64,000 nt of DNA from a virus. Taxonomy: Duplodnaviria > Caudoviricetes. Where the stretch lies: positions 1-64,000 of the IMG/VR virus record IMGVR_UViG_3300037067_009025; one strand, given 5' to 3'. The position numbers and the translations under genes are program-made. Positions 19,277 through 29,515 of this stretch are shown here, one piece after another. The notes under the pieces were generated by a model. It was not told the origin of the DNA. It saw only the letters and a program-made list of their open reading frames with translations, and searched no databases. Within the stretch, counting starts at the first letter, position 1; each line of letters starts with the position of its first letter.

Positions 19277-21592
19277 TTATTTCCCCTTTACATCTCGCAT
19301 ATATTGACTGCGTTCCATTGATTCCGCTTTTCTACGAGCTTCCATAGTTGCTTTGCTGACTTCTTTGAATGCAGAAACAGTGGTATCAATAGCATCCACA
19401 ATTTGTCCGCCTACCATACGAGTTCCACTACCCGCAGCATTTAATTTGGCCATATCAATATCAAACGTTTTTCCATCCACAGTAATCGAACCACTTCCAC
19501 CAGAAGAACCTGTGGGAGCAGTATTTCTCTGAATACGAGAATCCCCCGCATTCATTCTCTCTTCAAAAAAGGTATTTCCACCCAAACTCTTTGCAATTTC
19601 TGTAGGACTCATAGCCATAACGGCTTTTGCAGCCTCATCAGGGCTCATTCCAGCCTTTGCCAGATTTAACGCTGCCTGATTTCTGGGAGGAAGTGTGCTT
19701 GCAGGGCCCAAAACTTTTCCCAATTGAGGAATCTGTGTAACGATGGCATTTTTAATAGCAGCCACCAATACAGGCAACATTTTCTGCATAGCCTCAAAAA
19801 ATCCCTGAGCAACAGCAGCTCCCAAGCGCATAAACATTTCTGTTTTCGCCTGTAAAACAGCAGATAAGGCTTCTGCGAAAATTTTTCCAAATGTTTGAAA
19901 TGCGGGTTCCAATGCTTTCATGGCAGACCGAAACCCCGCACTTAATACCGAAATAAAGGCGTGAGCAGCAAACGCTAATTTTTCTGCGATAGTTCCACCC
20001 TGAGTTTCATCTGTGGTTTCTACTTTTCCCGTATCCTCATTAAATTTGGCAATAGGTAAAGTAACATCAGCACCCTCAGTAAAGACATTCTTCAGTTGAG
20101 TTCCAATAGTCTGAAACACAATTCCAATCTGAGCTACAATTGGAGAAAGTAAATCGGCCACACCCTCAAATAACTTTTTGAAAACTCCCTTATTCTGCTC
20201 CATATAACCCACGATACTTTTTAAACCCATTTCAATGGGGTCAAATAAGGGCCCAAACGCCTCAAAAGCAGCATCAGCAATAATGCTGAAGATAGCAATG
20301 ACATCATTCTTCATAACTTCCCATCTAACTAAAATAGAAGAGAAGAATTTTTCATACACATTCTGCAAAATGCTGGTTCCTCTTTTGGATTCTTCCATGA
20401 ACCTATTTACTTCAGAGCGATTCTTTTTGAAGGCATCAGGATTCTGCAACAGACGCAAAATAGATTCACCACCACGAATACCAAAGGCACGACCAATAGC
20501 CTCTTTGGGGGCTTTACTTAATTCATCCAAAACTTCATGGAAAGGCTTCAACTGACCACCAGCTAATTTAAACTGTTGGTCAACCGCATTCATCCCCTGT
20601 TCCAAAGTTTGCAGGGTATCCGTTGTGGCACTAATTTTCTTTTCAAGCTGGTCATACTCATCTGTCCCCTGTTTTCCCGCAAGCACCATATCAAACTGAG
20701 TATTTTTCAAGTTATTCAATTCCTCATCATAACTGGAAAAAGCTCTTTGCGATTTTAACAGGGTATCCAAATATTTCTGGTTGGCAGAATCAGCCTTGAA
20801 AATATTGATACCATATTTAGAGAATACAGCAGTTGTTTTTGCGGTTCCACTATTCAACTGCTGTAAAGCAGCCCGCATCTTAACACCAGCCGTGGAGTTT
20901 TCAATACCAGCATCATTCAAAGTCATTAACGCAGCCGTCATATCAGTGAAGGTCTCAATACTTTCACCAAACGTGACGTTAGCCACAGAGGCAACGTTTT
21001 TCAAACCCTCGAATAATCCCTGGACAGAGACCTTAGATTTCTGAGCAGCACCCGCAATGGCATCTGCCATCATGGGCACTTGAGAAAATCCAATACCAAA
21101 AGCTCTACTCAACCCAATCATGTCATTCATAATCTCTTTAAAATCTTCGCCAGAAGTGGCAGCCAACATTAAAGCAGATTGAGTAAATCCAAGAGCTTGA
21201 TTCAAGTCATAGCCAGCCTGAGCAGCCGTAAAAAGACCTTCTTGAATTTGTCCCGCAGTAAAATTAACCTGCGTAGATAATTCACGGGCCATCGAAGAGG
21301 CTTGTTCAAAAGCTGCACTAAATCCACTACCACCCTCTGAAGCCACAGAAGCGGTTTTAATGGCAGCCAACTGCAATTCAGCCATCTCCCCAGTAACTTT
21401 AGAGAGAGACTGCCCGATATTATTGATTGTCTGAAAACCTGCACGCATGGCAGCAAAGAATCCGCCAACAACTGCGGTTCTAAATGTGGCCACCAAAGAA
21501 GACCTTACCAGATTCAAAGAACCTTGTAAGAGCTTCAACGGAGCGGTTGAAACCTTCAGACCAATCTCAATAAATAATCGTTTAATCGCCAT
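19277..21592 (-). CDS. tail tape measure protein (TP901-type core)
   Basis: 771 aa, helical; AAQAGY..ALMLAATSG..ADAIAGAAQKS..LMTLNDAGI..AGVKMRAAL core. Confidence 0.9.
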   Translation of the reverse strand: MAIKRLFIEIGLKVSTAPLKLLQGSLNLVRSSLVATFRTAVVGGFFAAMRAGFQTINNIGQSLSKVTGEMAELQLAAIKTASVASEGGSGFSAAFEQASSMARELSTQVNFTAGQIQEGLFTAAQAGYDLNQALGFTQSALMLAATSGEDFKEIMNDMIGLSRAFGIGFSQVPMMADAIAGAAQKSKVSVQGLFEGLKNVASVANVTFGESIETFTDMTAALMTLNDAGIENSTAGVKMRAALQQLNSGTAKTTAVFSKYGINIFKADSANQKYLDTLLKSQRAFSSYDEELNNLKNTQFDMVLAGKQGTDEYDQLEKKISATTDTLQTLEQGMNAVDQQFKLAGGQLKPFHEVLDELSKAPKEAIGRAFGIRGGESILRLLQNPDAFKKNRSEVNRFMEESKRGTSILQNVYEKFFSSILVRWEVMKNDVIAIFSIIADAAFEAFGPLFDPIEMGLKSIVGYMEQNKGVFKKLFEGVADLLSPIVAQIGIVFQTIGTQLKNVFTEGADVTLPIAKFNEDTGKVETTDETQGGTIAEKLAFAAHAFISVLSAGFRSAMKALEPAFQTFGKIFAEALSAVLQAKTEMFMRLGAAVAQGFFEAMQKMLPVLVAAIKNAIVTQIPQLGKVLGPASTLPPRNQAALNLAKAGMSPDEAAKAVMAMSPTEIAKSLGGNTFFEERMNAGDSRIQRNTAPTGSSGGSGSITVDGKTFDIDMAKLNAAGSGTRMVGGQIVDAIDTTVSAFKEVSKATMEARRKAESMERSQYMRDVKGK

Positions 21593-21601
21593 GACTCACT
21601 C

Positions 21602-21961
21602 CTAAAGACTGATATTTTCTCCTCGTTCCCATTTTTCATCAAACTCTTTTAGGTCTTTACCTAAACGGGCCCACAGAGAACGAAGTTGATTTTTCCAGGC
21701 ATCTTCATCTACGGGTTCATTGACTTCAGTATCCTTTTTGAATACCTTGTCTATATTTTCTAATTTTCCTGAGAACCCTGCGTTTACTGCAAGACCAGTC
21801 AGTTTGGTATGAAGATAATCTTCCCGATGTTTACGGGCCAGAATTGCATGATAAAATCCCATAAGGACATCGTGCGGGATTTTCATACAATAATCCACAT
21901 CCCATCCATATTCGGATATGATAATATCCAAAATATAAAACAACTGGTCTTTTTCCAACAT
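21602..21961 (-). CDS. tail assembly chaperone, second ORF (gpT-like)
   Basis: Lies between the TAC and tape measure; YGWDVDYCMKIP motif. Confidence 0.55.
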   Translation of the reverse strand: MLEKDQLFYILDIIISEYGWDVDYCMKIPHDVLMGFYHAILARKHREDYLHTKLTGLAVNAGFSGKLENIDKVFKKDTEVNEPVDEDAWKNQLRSLWARLGKDLKEFDEKWERGENISL

Positions 21962-21973
21962 ATCAAAACCTCG

Positions 21974-22291
21974 TTACTTAGCAGCAACTGGTGTGCCGAA
22001 AGCCCCGAGAGCTTTTTGCATAATACGAACACAGGCTTCGAGAGTCAAAACCTTTTTCAAATCTTCTTTCTTGATTTGATTGTCATCTTTAATGAGAGCA
22101 TAAACAATCTCAGCAAAGATTTCGGCCTGCTTCTCGATGTCTCCATTCTTGTCTTTCATCTTATCCATCTCCTTGAGTTTCGGAGCGAGTAAGATGTAAG
22201 TCTCCAAAGACGCTGGATACACCTTGATAGTAACTTGACCACGGAGTTCAAACTCGGTGGCTTGTGACAGATTAACCTTTTCGTTAGACAT
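21974..22291 (-). CDS. tail assembly chaperone (gpG-like)
   Basis: Size and position upstream of the tape measure. Confidence 0.55.
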   Translation of the reverse strand: MSNEKVNLSQATEFELRGQVTIKVYPASLETYILLAPKLKEMDKMKDKNGDIEKQAEIFAEIVYALIKDDNQIKKEDLKKVLTLEACVRIMQKALGAFGTPVAAK

Positions 22292-22338
22292 TTTAAAATC
22301 CTCCTATGTTTGTTTTAGGTCAACGTTTTTATTCTATA

Positions 22339-22755
22339 TTAACTGGATTCATCCAGAATATATTCATACTCCAACTGATAAAAAAATTCATTGGGCTCAT
22401 CATCCACCTGTAAACCAGCATCGTTAGGAACCCGAGCCAGATGAATAATCTTCCAACCAGTTGTGGAAACCACATTTTCCTTTTTATTTAATAGGTCATC
22501 AACCCGTTTAGCAATATCAATACAGTTTTTGTGACTATTAGCCAACTTACGACTAACAACACATTCGATTTTGAAAGAACCTTTTTGAGAAGGAATATTA
22601 TTTCCATCTTCTCCTACATCTGTAGAGACCACAACATATTTATCTTTTCGGTCTTGAACAAACATGGCAAAAATATTATTGGCGTTTCCCACAAGAGTAG
22701 TTAATGTGGAATCCGTCCTCAAATATGCAATAATTCTTTGGCCGATAATATTCAT
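22339..22755 (-). CDS. tail terminator / completion protein
   Basis: IIAYLRTDSTLTTLVG N-terminus (DUF3168-like) and synteny. Confidence 0.6.
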   Translation of the reverse strand: MNIIGQRIIAYLRTDSTLTTLVGNANNIFAMFVQDRKDKYVVVSTDVGEDGNNIPSQKGSFKIECVVSRKLANSHKNCIDIAKRVDDLLNKKENVVSTTGWKIIHLARVPNDAGLQVDDEPNEFFYQLEYEYILDESS

Positions 22756-22765
22756 CTGAAATTCC

Positions 22766-23305
22766 TTATACGTTTCTGGCAAACACTAAATTTTGCCCAA
22801 TGTCTGCCAAGACTGCATCCTGATTACTGGCATAATAAGCCAGCAAATCGTTAAAAGCTCTTTCTACGAACCGTCGTCCCTTGTAACGACCTCTACGAAC
22901 TCGGGCAAAAATATATACACCCTTTTTCCCAAGTCGCATAATGGAACTTCCTCTGCGGGCCTTCTTCCAAGCATCTTCTGGAAAAGCCATGAGAGGTTTT
23001 CCCTGAATTACAAAACGTCTCTTAAAACCATACTCTGAAGCAAATTGATATTTAATTCTTTCTGGAACAAACACTTCACCTGAAACGGAATTGCCAGACC
23101 ATTTATAACGAGATGTGATGCTATTTGACAAATTACCAGTTGAGCGAGCACTTTTTGAACCCGCATATTTTTTCATGCGTCGTTCAGTAAAAGCTGTAAA
23201 TTTCTTAATCCATTTCGCAGAAGAACGAACCCTACCCCTATCAGCCGAATTCAGCCCACTGATATAATTTCTTAATTGGGCGTCGTTGATAGTAAAATCA
23301 GCCAT
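22766..23305 (-). CDS. HK97 gp10-like neck protein
   Basis: TGNLSNSI, YQFASEYG, GRRFVERA motifs. Confidence 0.65.
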   Translation of the reverse strand: MADFTINDAQLRNYISGLNSADRGRVRSSAKWIKKFTAFTERRMKKYAGSKSARSTGNLSNSITSRYKWSGNSVSGEVFVPERIKYQFASEYGFKRRFVIQGKPLMAFPEDAWKKARRGSSIMRLGKKGVYIFARVRRGRYKGRRFVERAFNDLLAYYASNQDAVLADIGQNLVFARNV

Positions 23306-23306
23306 C

Positions 23307-23648
23307 TTAGTTCTCCATGTTCCAAAGATAAACCTCTTTGTGGTGGCCCTGTCCAGCAGCATCCTCAACAGCAATCACCAAATATTTTTTACTCTGAAAT
23401 TCTACAATGTCATCTTCCAAAATATCCGCAGCAAACTTGAAAAACCCACAAAGGCGAGTTTGAATTTTCTTGCCCCTGCGGGTAAATTCAATAGTCTCTT
23501 CCATCTGCTGAATCAAACAGGAAACACCTGTAGAAGAGGCTGCCACACTTTCAGGAATGGCTCCCCATTCGTCGGCTGTTCCAGCGGTGCTACGCCGATA
23601 GATAGAGACTGAGTGAATAAGTTCTGCATCAAAGATAGAATCAGCCAT
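23307..23648 (-). CDS. head-closure / stopper protein
   Basis: VSIYRR..DEWG..DILEDDIVEF..GHHKEV pattern of SPP1 gp16-like proteins. Confidence 0.65.
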   Translation of the reverse strand: MADSIFDAELIHSVSIYRRSTAGTADEWGAIPESVAASSTGVSCLIQQMEETIEFTRRGKKIQTRLCGFFKFAADILEDDIVEFQSKKYLVIAVEDAAGQGHHKEVYLWNMEN

Positions 23649-23658
23649 TATTTAATCC

Positions 23659-24246
23659 TTAAACGACGCTACCAAACTTCATGCGTCCGTCATCCCCAGC
23701 GATAACCCCGACAGTATCCATAATCTCCATATCGAGACTCTTGATAAAGCTGTCTAAGTCATCCGCAACGTTAGAGAATTGTTTTTGATATTTTCCAATC
23801 TTTACCATTTTCACTTGTCCCAGCTTACTGGGAGTAAAAATGGATAACCCTTTGGTCGCCAATAATGTGACTAAATAATCGTGAATCGCTTCCAGCGTCG
23901 CAGCATTGATAGTGTAAGTAATTTCTACCAACTGACCCCCTGAAAATCCACCAGAATAATTTACCAATCCAGTATCTGGATTAAATTTCAAATCAGTAAA
24001 CAAAGTGAAAGCTGTGGTTACATTATCAATTTTCAGTGTATCAATCTGCTTAATGTTAGAATCAGGCAACTTAATCCACATTCTTGATGTGCTCACAAAC
24101 TCTCGATGTGTTCTCTGTGTATCGGCTGACCGTAAATCCGTGATTTTATAAAAAATAGCCACGGCCCAATCATAAACAGATTGAGGCAAATCCGCATCTG
24201 CGATTCCGAGAACAGAAGCCACGGTTGGTTTAGTAATTAGAGCCAT
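23659..24246 (-). CDS. head-tail adaptor protein
   Basis: ALITKPTV.. N-terminus; VKIGKY..F near C-terminus; synteny. Confidence 0.55.
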   Translation of the reverse strand: MALITKPTVASVLGIADADLPQSVYDWAVAIFYKITDLRSADTQRTHREFVSTSRMWIKLPDSNIKQIDTLKIDNVTTAFTLFTDLKFNPDTGLVNYSGGFSGGQLVEITYTINAATLEAIHDYLVTLLATKGLSIFTPSKLGQVKMVKIGKYQKQFSNVADDLDSFIKSLDMEIMDTVGVIAGDDGRMKFGSVV

Positions 24247-24249
24247 AGC

Positions 24250-24687
24250 TTATTCTCCATTCCTCTTGTCCCTGAAAGGCCGAGAAACTAAACGGGACAC
24301 GATATTTTTAGTTCCAGTTTTTAAAACTTTCCCCTCTTGGTCAAGGATAGATTCACAATTGGGACACTTCGTGGCTCCCATTGCCACTTCTGGCTCAGAG
24401 GTTAAATCAAAAACATGATGACACGCCTGACATTCAACCCTGTATCCTTTGGTGCCAGTAGCTTCTTCAGCCTTAATATATTTCCAGTCATGGTCTTTCA
24501 TCCACTTCTTCGCTTCAGCAAACGTCCATTTGCTGGATGAAAAGCGAATTGACTGAACCTGGCTTTTCCCTTCTTTAATACCATAAATGACATGAATCCC
24601 ATCTCCGAATTCATTATTCTTTCGAGCAAATGAATCGAATTGAGATGGTTCTTTAATCCGAAATGCGTGTTCGTTTGCGTAAGGCAT
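24250..24687 (-). CDS. head-associated protein with C-terminal zinc ribbon
   Basis: MPYANEHAFRI..GIHVIYGIK..QSIRF..WT..EAKKW domain plus CQAC..CPNC. Confidence 0.55.
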   Translation of the reverse strand: MPYANEHAFRIKEPSQFDSFARKNNEFGDGIHVIYGIKEGKSQVQSIRFSSSKWTFAEAKKWMKDHDWKYIKAEEATGTKGYRVECQACHHVFDLTSEPEVAMGATKCPNCESILDQEGKVLKTGTKNIVSRLVSRPFRDKRNGE

Positions 24688-24697
24688 TACTGACTCC

Positions 24698-25132
24698 TTA
24701 ACGATAATTGTGCAAAATATGAACTCGCCACTCAGATTTAGGAACATTGCGGAAAATTTCGGCCACAGTTTTCTGGCCCTCCAAATACTTTTTTGGAGCA
24801 TACAAAATTCCCGCAAAGACATAAACTTTGTTGGCGGTGATTCGGTCTATTTCGTAATTCTCTTTGAAAAGGACGGCCCCGAAGGTGTTAATCTTCTTGA
24901 CCACGATGAGGGGTTTAGACAGGTCTTTCTTAACATAACTTAACACTTTGTCTAAATCCACCTGAAACAAGCTCTGGTTAATGACAATCAGAAGGTTTTC
25001 ATCTTCTGGTCTTACCCGAGACAGGTCAACTTTTTCTCCCAAGTATTCATTCTCCATCTTCAAGGAGCCCTGAATCAACTTGAGAATCACGTTATCACCA
25101 ATATTCTGCTTCCCGAAGATAAAGGCTCTCAT
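24698..25132 (-). CDS. degenerate sugar-phosphate nucleotidyltransferase-like protein
   Basis: LLIVINQSLFQVDLDKVL..TFGAV..VFAGILY resembles NTP_transferase (HddC/MPG-like), but the GGxGTRL motif is missing. Confidence 0.4.
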   Translation of the reverse strand: MRAFIFGKQNIGDNVILKLIQGSLKMENEYLGEKVDLSRVRPEDENLLIVINQSLFQVDLDKVLSYVKKDLSKPLIVVKKINTFGAVLFKENYEIDRITANKVYVFAGILYAPKKYLEGQKTVAEIFRNVPKSEWRVHILHNYR

Positions 25133-25150
25133 AACAGTTTCCTCCATATA

Positions 25151-25177
25151 TTAAATACGATTAAAGGGGTAAAACAT
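25151..25177 (-). promoter_or_regulatory. candidate late promoter TTTTACCC-N6-TCGTATTTAA
   Basis: Same bipartite motif at 32194-32220 and 35212-35238, each just upstream of a virion gene block. Confidence 0.7.
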
Positions 25178-25190
25178 GTGCAAAATTGGT

Positions 25191-26228
25191 CTAAATTACC
25201 AACTTTTCTGCAATTTGTTTCCAGTAATCAAAAAATCTCTGCTTTTCTTTCTCTTTAATCTCCAAGATGTTAGGAACCGTGGAGAACACTGGCTGTCCTA
25301 AAGCAGGATAATTAGACTGAGAAATCGAAGAGACCCCAACCGTCTCTAAGATATTGGAACGACTATCATTTAAAACATTCATTACCTGTTTTCCAAGTGA
25401 TAAGGCCACAACGCTTCCATGAACCCGAAAAGAAATCATCTGGTGAACCTTTGAATAAATTCTTAAAAGGTCATTGGGAAGACAAACACAAATCAAACGT
25501 TCCTTTGGAATAAATTGCTGCCACCAAAGGTATTCACGTTCCTCGTGAACTAAATAATACAAAGGATATTCTCCGTCAAAAAACTGTTCTAAATTCAACG
25601 AGGCTTTGGCGATTCTCTTACACTCTTCTGGATTTTCTTTTCCTCTCAACACAATCAGATTAAACTCATCAGGTTGTTTGGTAACAGAAAACCATTCAGG
25701 AGTATAAAAAACACAATCCAAGAATCGGGTATTCGGCACTCCTCCCCGAGTTAAAAGCTCATTGGTAATTTCATCACGAGTGATAATAAAATCCGCACAC
25801 TGAGAAAGCTCCTTAAAAATTTCCAGATTGGGAGCTAACATTTTTGATACAGCCTCTTCCTTCGTATAGGAATGCTCTGTATATCCAGAACCCAACCAAA
25901 AATAGGCTGTCAAGAGACCCTGAGATTTAGCCACCTTCATTCTTTCAATCAAATTCCTAACATGGGCCCCACATCCATCTTTATTAAATTGGGGTGTTCC
26001 AGCAAAAATAGCCGTTTGAGCCCGCTTATTAACTAAAGACCATGTAAGATTATCGTCCTCAGAATCCAAACGGTCAAAAAGATTTGCTTGAGAAAATAAT
26101 GGCTCTACACCCAAATTTTTCTCAGCCTGAGTGATTAAATATTCCATTCCTCTAAGGATTAGAATATCCCCAGGATTGACTTTAGGGTTTAAGATGGCCC
26201 CAACTAAACAATGGTGTCTAAACTTCAT
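25191..26228 (-). CDS. polysaccharide pyruvyltransferase family protein
   Basis: NPGD, IFAGTPQF, LGSG, ITRD, ISFRVHGSVVALSLGK motifs. Confidence 0.8.
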   Translation of the reverse strand: MKFRHHCLVGAILNPKVNPGDILILRGMEYLITQAEKNLGVEPLFSQANLFDRLDSEDDNLTWSLVNKRAQTAIFAGTPQFNKDGCGAHVRNLIERMKVAKSQGLLTAYFWLGSGYTEHSYTKEEAVSKMLAPNLEIFKELSQCADFIITRDEITNELLTRGGVPNTRFLDCVFYTPEWFSVTKQPDEFNLIVLRGKENPEECKRIAKASLNLEQFFDGEYPLYYLVHEEREYLWWQQFIPKERLICVCLPNDLLRIYSKVHQMISFRVHGSVVALSLGKQVMNVLNDSRSNILETVGVSSISQSNYPALGQPVFSTVPNILEIKEKEKQRFFDYWKQIAEKLVI

Positions 26229-26239
26229 GGCCTTTCTCC

Positions 26240-26959
26240 TTAAATTTTGGGCTCTGCGTAAAAAATTCCCAGTTTCTTATCACGATAATTATCAGGAATA
26301 ATTACCACATGATTGAAACGTTGCATGTAATTTTTGGCGAAGTCCTTTCCCACACAATCTGGTAAATGAAATTCACCCACCATATACTTTATTTTTTTCA
26401 AAATATCATCTGACATTTGACGAAAGGCTTCCCGTTCTCCACCCTCACAGTCAAATTTTGCAATGTCAATACTCTGAAACTGAAAGGGGGCCAACTCAAC
26501 TTCGAGAGTAGACCATTGAATCTCAGTTTCTAATTTGTAAAGACCACTGGCCAGACATCTATCTAAATTAGCAGGACTAATAAATAATCCACCGCCAGTA
26601 GCCCTAATTCCATTAACAAAGATTGTCCGTTCTTTATCGTAATTCACCCCTTTGTTGATGACAGTGACATTCGCATATCCATTCAATGCCACGTTTCTAC
26701 GATAAAGTTCAGCATTATCTTTAACGGGCTCAAAAGCTACAATCTGACACGATGGCCATAAAGATTTGCATTTCACAGCAAATGTTCCAATGTGTCCGCC
26801 CACATCAATGACAAACTTGGGATTAACTCCCCGAGCCTTTAATTGATTGAGCCGATAAACATCATTCACAAATACCTCGTGAATGACTTCGACATCATTC
26901 TGTCTATCAGCACGGACTTCAAATTTCTTACCACCGATAGTCCTTAGCACTGTGTTCAT
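26240..26959 (-). CDS. FkbM family methyltransferase
   Basis: VIDVGGHIG, VAFEP, KFDCEGGE motifs. Confidence 0.9.
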   Translation of the reverse strand: MNTVLRTIGGKKFEVRADRQNDVEVIHEVFVNDVYRLNQLKARGVNPKFVIDVGGHIGTFAVKCKSLWPSCQIVAFEPVKDNAELYRRNVALNGYANVTVINKGVNYDKERTIFVNGIRATGGGLFISPANLDRCLASGLYKLETEIQWSTLEVELAPFQFQSIDIAKFDCEGGEREAFRQMSDDILKKIKYMVGEFHLPDCVGKDFAKNYMQRFNHVVIIPDNYRDKKLGIFYAEPKI

Positions 26960-29226
26960 TTCATTATCTCCTTTAGAGTATTTACTATTTTTTCACACGA
27001 TATTTTATTCATACACTGAGCAGACATGGCCTTAGAACTACATCTGCAATTCCGCTCATTACAAGGATAACAAGAGTCCGATGGAACTATAACTGTGGTC
27101 TCAGAATATTTTCGCCAATCTGCCTGAATAGACGAGGGTAAAAATATTGTGGGCTTAGTAAATCCACCAGCAATATGCAGTATGGCTGAATCAACAGACA
27201 AACAATAATCACTTCGATTAACGACAGAAAATAATTCTCTGATAGTTGTCTTTCCACGTAAGTCCAAACAATTAGTATACCGAAGTTCTTTTTTAACACC
27301 CACATTTTTTATAACCCAAGATTCATCCCCAGCCGTATCTCCAACTAAAACTATTTGCAACTCTGGAAAATTAGCAGCAATCGCATCAATCAATTCCTGT
27401 CGTTTTTCCCGAGGATATTCTCTCTTAGCATCGGCACTGGTGAGCCCTAAACATAATACTTTTTTATCATTATAAAAAAACTTATTAACATAAAATTTTT
27501 CTTCCTCAGATAATATGATATGCGGGCGTTGTCTAAGTAAATCCTCTCCCTTCAATCCAAATAAATGAGCCGTGGCCAATAAACGATGCTGCCTACACCA
27601 AGCCAGTTCATACTGAGAGAGCTTATAACTAATTTCAATCTTCCTATGATATTGTTTTCTGTCAGTAATGCTATCTTTATAACTTAATGCCTGTCTAACA
27701 TAAGGAAGATTCGCAAAAGCCTCGGGATACCTGGTGGCAACATCCACCACATAACCACGTTGATATAGGGCCTCTAAAGAGGGCGTCAACATTAAAACAT
27801 CACCCAATCCATCATTATCATAAACCAGGAGAGCATGTTTTTGAATCTCATTATTTACAGGAACTATCTGAATGGAAGAATTGGTGATTGTTTTTACTTC
27901 TTCTGGAACTTTTAAAATTTGTTTCAATCTCAACTTAAAAGAAACCAATTCTTTATAAAGTCCCTCCCAATTAAAATGTGTATAACAAGAACAATTATGG
28001 CATTGCCATAAATGAGAAGGAACAAATTGTCTACCAACACATGGATGACAATTTACATTTGGTGTCATTGGATGACAATTTTTATAGGTGCTACACCGCC
28101 AGGTGGGGTCAAAATAATTCATCAGAGCAAAAGTCTTTTTTTCCAGAGCACCAGCTATATGGAGAAACGAAGTATCAATCGTTACAACAAAATCCATTAC
28201 AGCCATAAGGGCAAATAACTCTCGCAGAGAAACTTGTTTTGTTAAATCAATACAATTTTGAAGATTATATTTTCTCAAAGAAGCAGTAAAAACAGTAAAC
28301 CCCTTTGCTTTAAAAGCATTTATCTTTTCTTGTGCTAAAAATTCTGGCATCTTGGCATCGGCTCTATCGCTATCAAATCCAAAAAATAATTTGTTTGGAT
28401 ATATCCCCCATTTTTGACGTGCGGTATTCAATTCATCAGTAGTAAAAATTATTTCTGGTTTCAAAATTACCAAATCTTTTCTATCAATACCACATAAGGC
28501 AGCGACCGCAAAAATTCTATTTTGCTTATTAAGGTCAGACCTATAATCATTCAACACCTGACCAAAGTGTAAAATTAAAATTTTCTCAAATTTACTGACA
28601 TTGATATGCTTGCGGTCTGTAAAAATCCCAGAAATATAATCCAGATTAGCAAAACATTCCATCCGATGTTTTTCACAAAGAATAAAAACTTTCTTTCCCT
28701 GAGAGGCCAACGTTTTTAAACTTGGAATAGTCAATAAGTGGTCACCAACACCACCAGTAATTTCAACCAAAATATTATCTTTATCTTGGTCTGTCTTTGT
28801 CAAAAATTTTTCTAATTCGACATCTGTTTTAATCCGTGGAATTTCATAACGAGTAAATTCAGAAAAAGCTCTGGCCAATCTTTCAGAATGGTCATCTGAA
28901 AAAACGGCCCGAAACTGAAGTGGATTCATAAAAAGGGTATGAATATACCAACGGTAGGGACATTCAACATAAATAACGTGGTCATCAATGATAGGATTCT
29001 CAGGAAGAGCTTCACAAATGTAAACCACACCAACGTTATTTTTTATAGCTTGAGCGACAAATGGATGGATTGTTTTTGAACTATCGAGATGGGAAGCAAA
29101 ACATACCGTCAAAAGACGGCCTGCGGGGGCCCGCATAATGTAATTATTTTCTTTGACTAAAGCGGAGTGGTCAAGATTGGAAAAATGAATGTGAACATCA
29201 TCAGAAATCAGTCTGATTGAGGACAT
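26956..29226 (-). CDS. tandem glycosyltransferase family 9 (heptosyltransferase-like) protein
   Basis: Two GT9 units: GGVGDHLLTIP..DTSFLHIAGAL..CHPC and DGLGDVLMLTP..DSAILHIAGG..CYPC. Confidence 0.85.
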   Translation of the reverse strand: MSSIRLISDDVHIHFSNLDHSALVKENNYIMRAPAGRLLTVCFASHLDSSKTIHPFVAQAIKNNVGVVYICEALPENPIIDDHVIYVECPYRWYIHTLFMNPLQFRAVFSDDHSERLARAFSEFTRYEIPRIKTDVELEKFLTKTDQDKDNILVEITGGVGDHLLTIPSLKTLASQGKKVFILCEKHRMECFANLDYISGIFTDRKHINVSKFEKILILHFGQVLNDYRSDLNKQNRIFAVAALCGIDRKDLVILKPEIIFTTDELNTARQKWGIYPNKLFFGFDSDRADAKMPEFLAQEKINAFKAKGFTVFTASLRKYNLQNCIDLTKQVSLRELFALMAVMDFVVTIDTSFLHIAGALEKKTFALMNYFDPTWRCSTYKNCHPMTPNVNCHPCVGRQFVPSHLWQCHNCSCYTHFNWEGLYKELVSFKLRLKQILKVPEEVKTITNSSIQIVPVNNEIQKHALLVYDNDGLGDVLMLTPSLEALYQRGYVVDVATRYPEAFANLPYVRQALSYKDSITDRKQYHRKIEISYKLSQYELAWCRQHRLLATAHLFGLKGEDLLRQRPHIILSEEEKFYVNKFFYNDKKVLCLGLTSADAKREYPREKRQELIDAIAANFPELQIVLVGDTAGDESWVIKNVGVKKELRYTNCLDLRGKTTIRELFSVVNRSDYCLSVDSAILHIAGGFTKPTIFLPSSIQADWRKYSETTVIVPSDSCYPCNERNCRCSSKAMSAQCMNKISCEKIVNTLKEIMK

Positions 29227-29274
29227 GATAATATCTCCAACAATTTAATAACGGTTTAACAATCTTATAATACA

Positions 29275-29303
29275 AGTATAACACACATTTGCTGCGTTGT
29301 CAA
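29275..29303 (-). promoter_or_regulatory. sigma70-type promoter, TTGACAACGCA subclass, driving the GT9 cassette
   Basis: Minus strand TTGACA-acgcagcaaatgtgtgt(17)-TATACT. Confidence 0.85.
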
Positions 29304-29515
29304 GAGAAAAATGCAAGGGACGCCCGAGACGCTTTGCGACTCCTGACGACCCAAGATACGCCCTTCTACACTTGGTAGATGCGCTGTTCCAAACTACCTT
29401 CGTTCTTCGGCCCGTCGGCCTCCGCCATTCAAAGAATCCCTTTAGGGGACAGAAAGCACGGTTTGGAGTTTTACAAAATTGGTGTCCTGGATTTGAGGTT
29501 CCAGGACAGACCTAA

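Noticed and set aside
21602-22291. Programmed -1 frameshift between the tail chaperone ORFs
   Set aside because: No clear XXXYYYZ heptamer near the first ORF's end, and the second ORF has its own GAGG RBS and ATG. Not excluded, but unsupported.
29305-29515. c-di-GMP-I riboswitch (CGCAAAGC / GGGACGC fragments)
   Set aside because: Only short fragments match, the P2 and tetraloop-receptor architecture is missing, and the element lies upstream of the promoter, so it is not in a leader.
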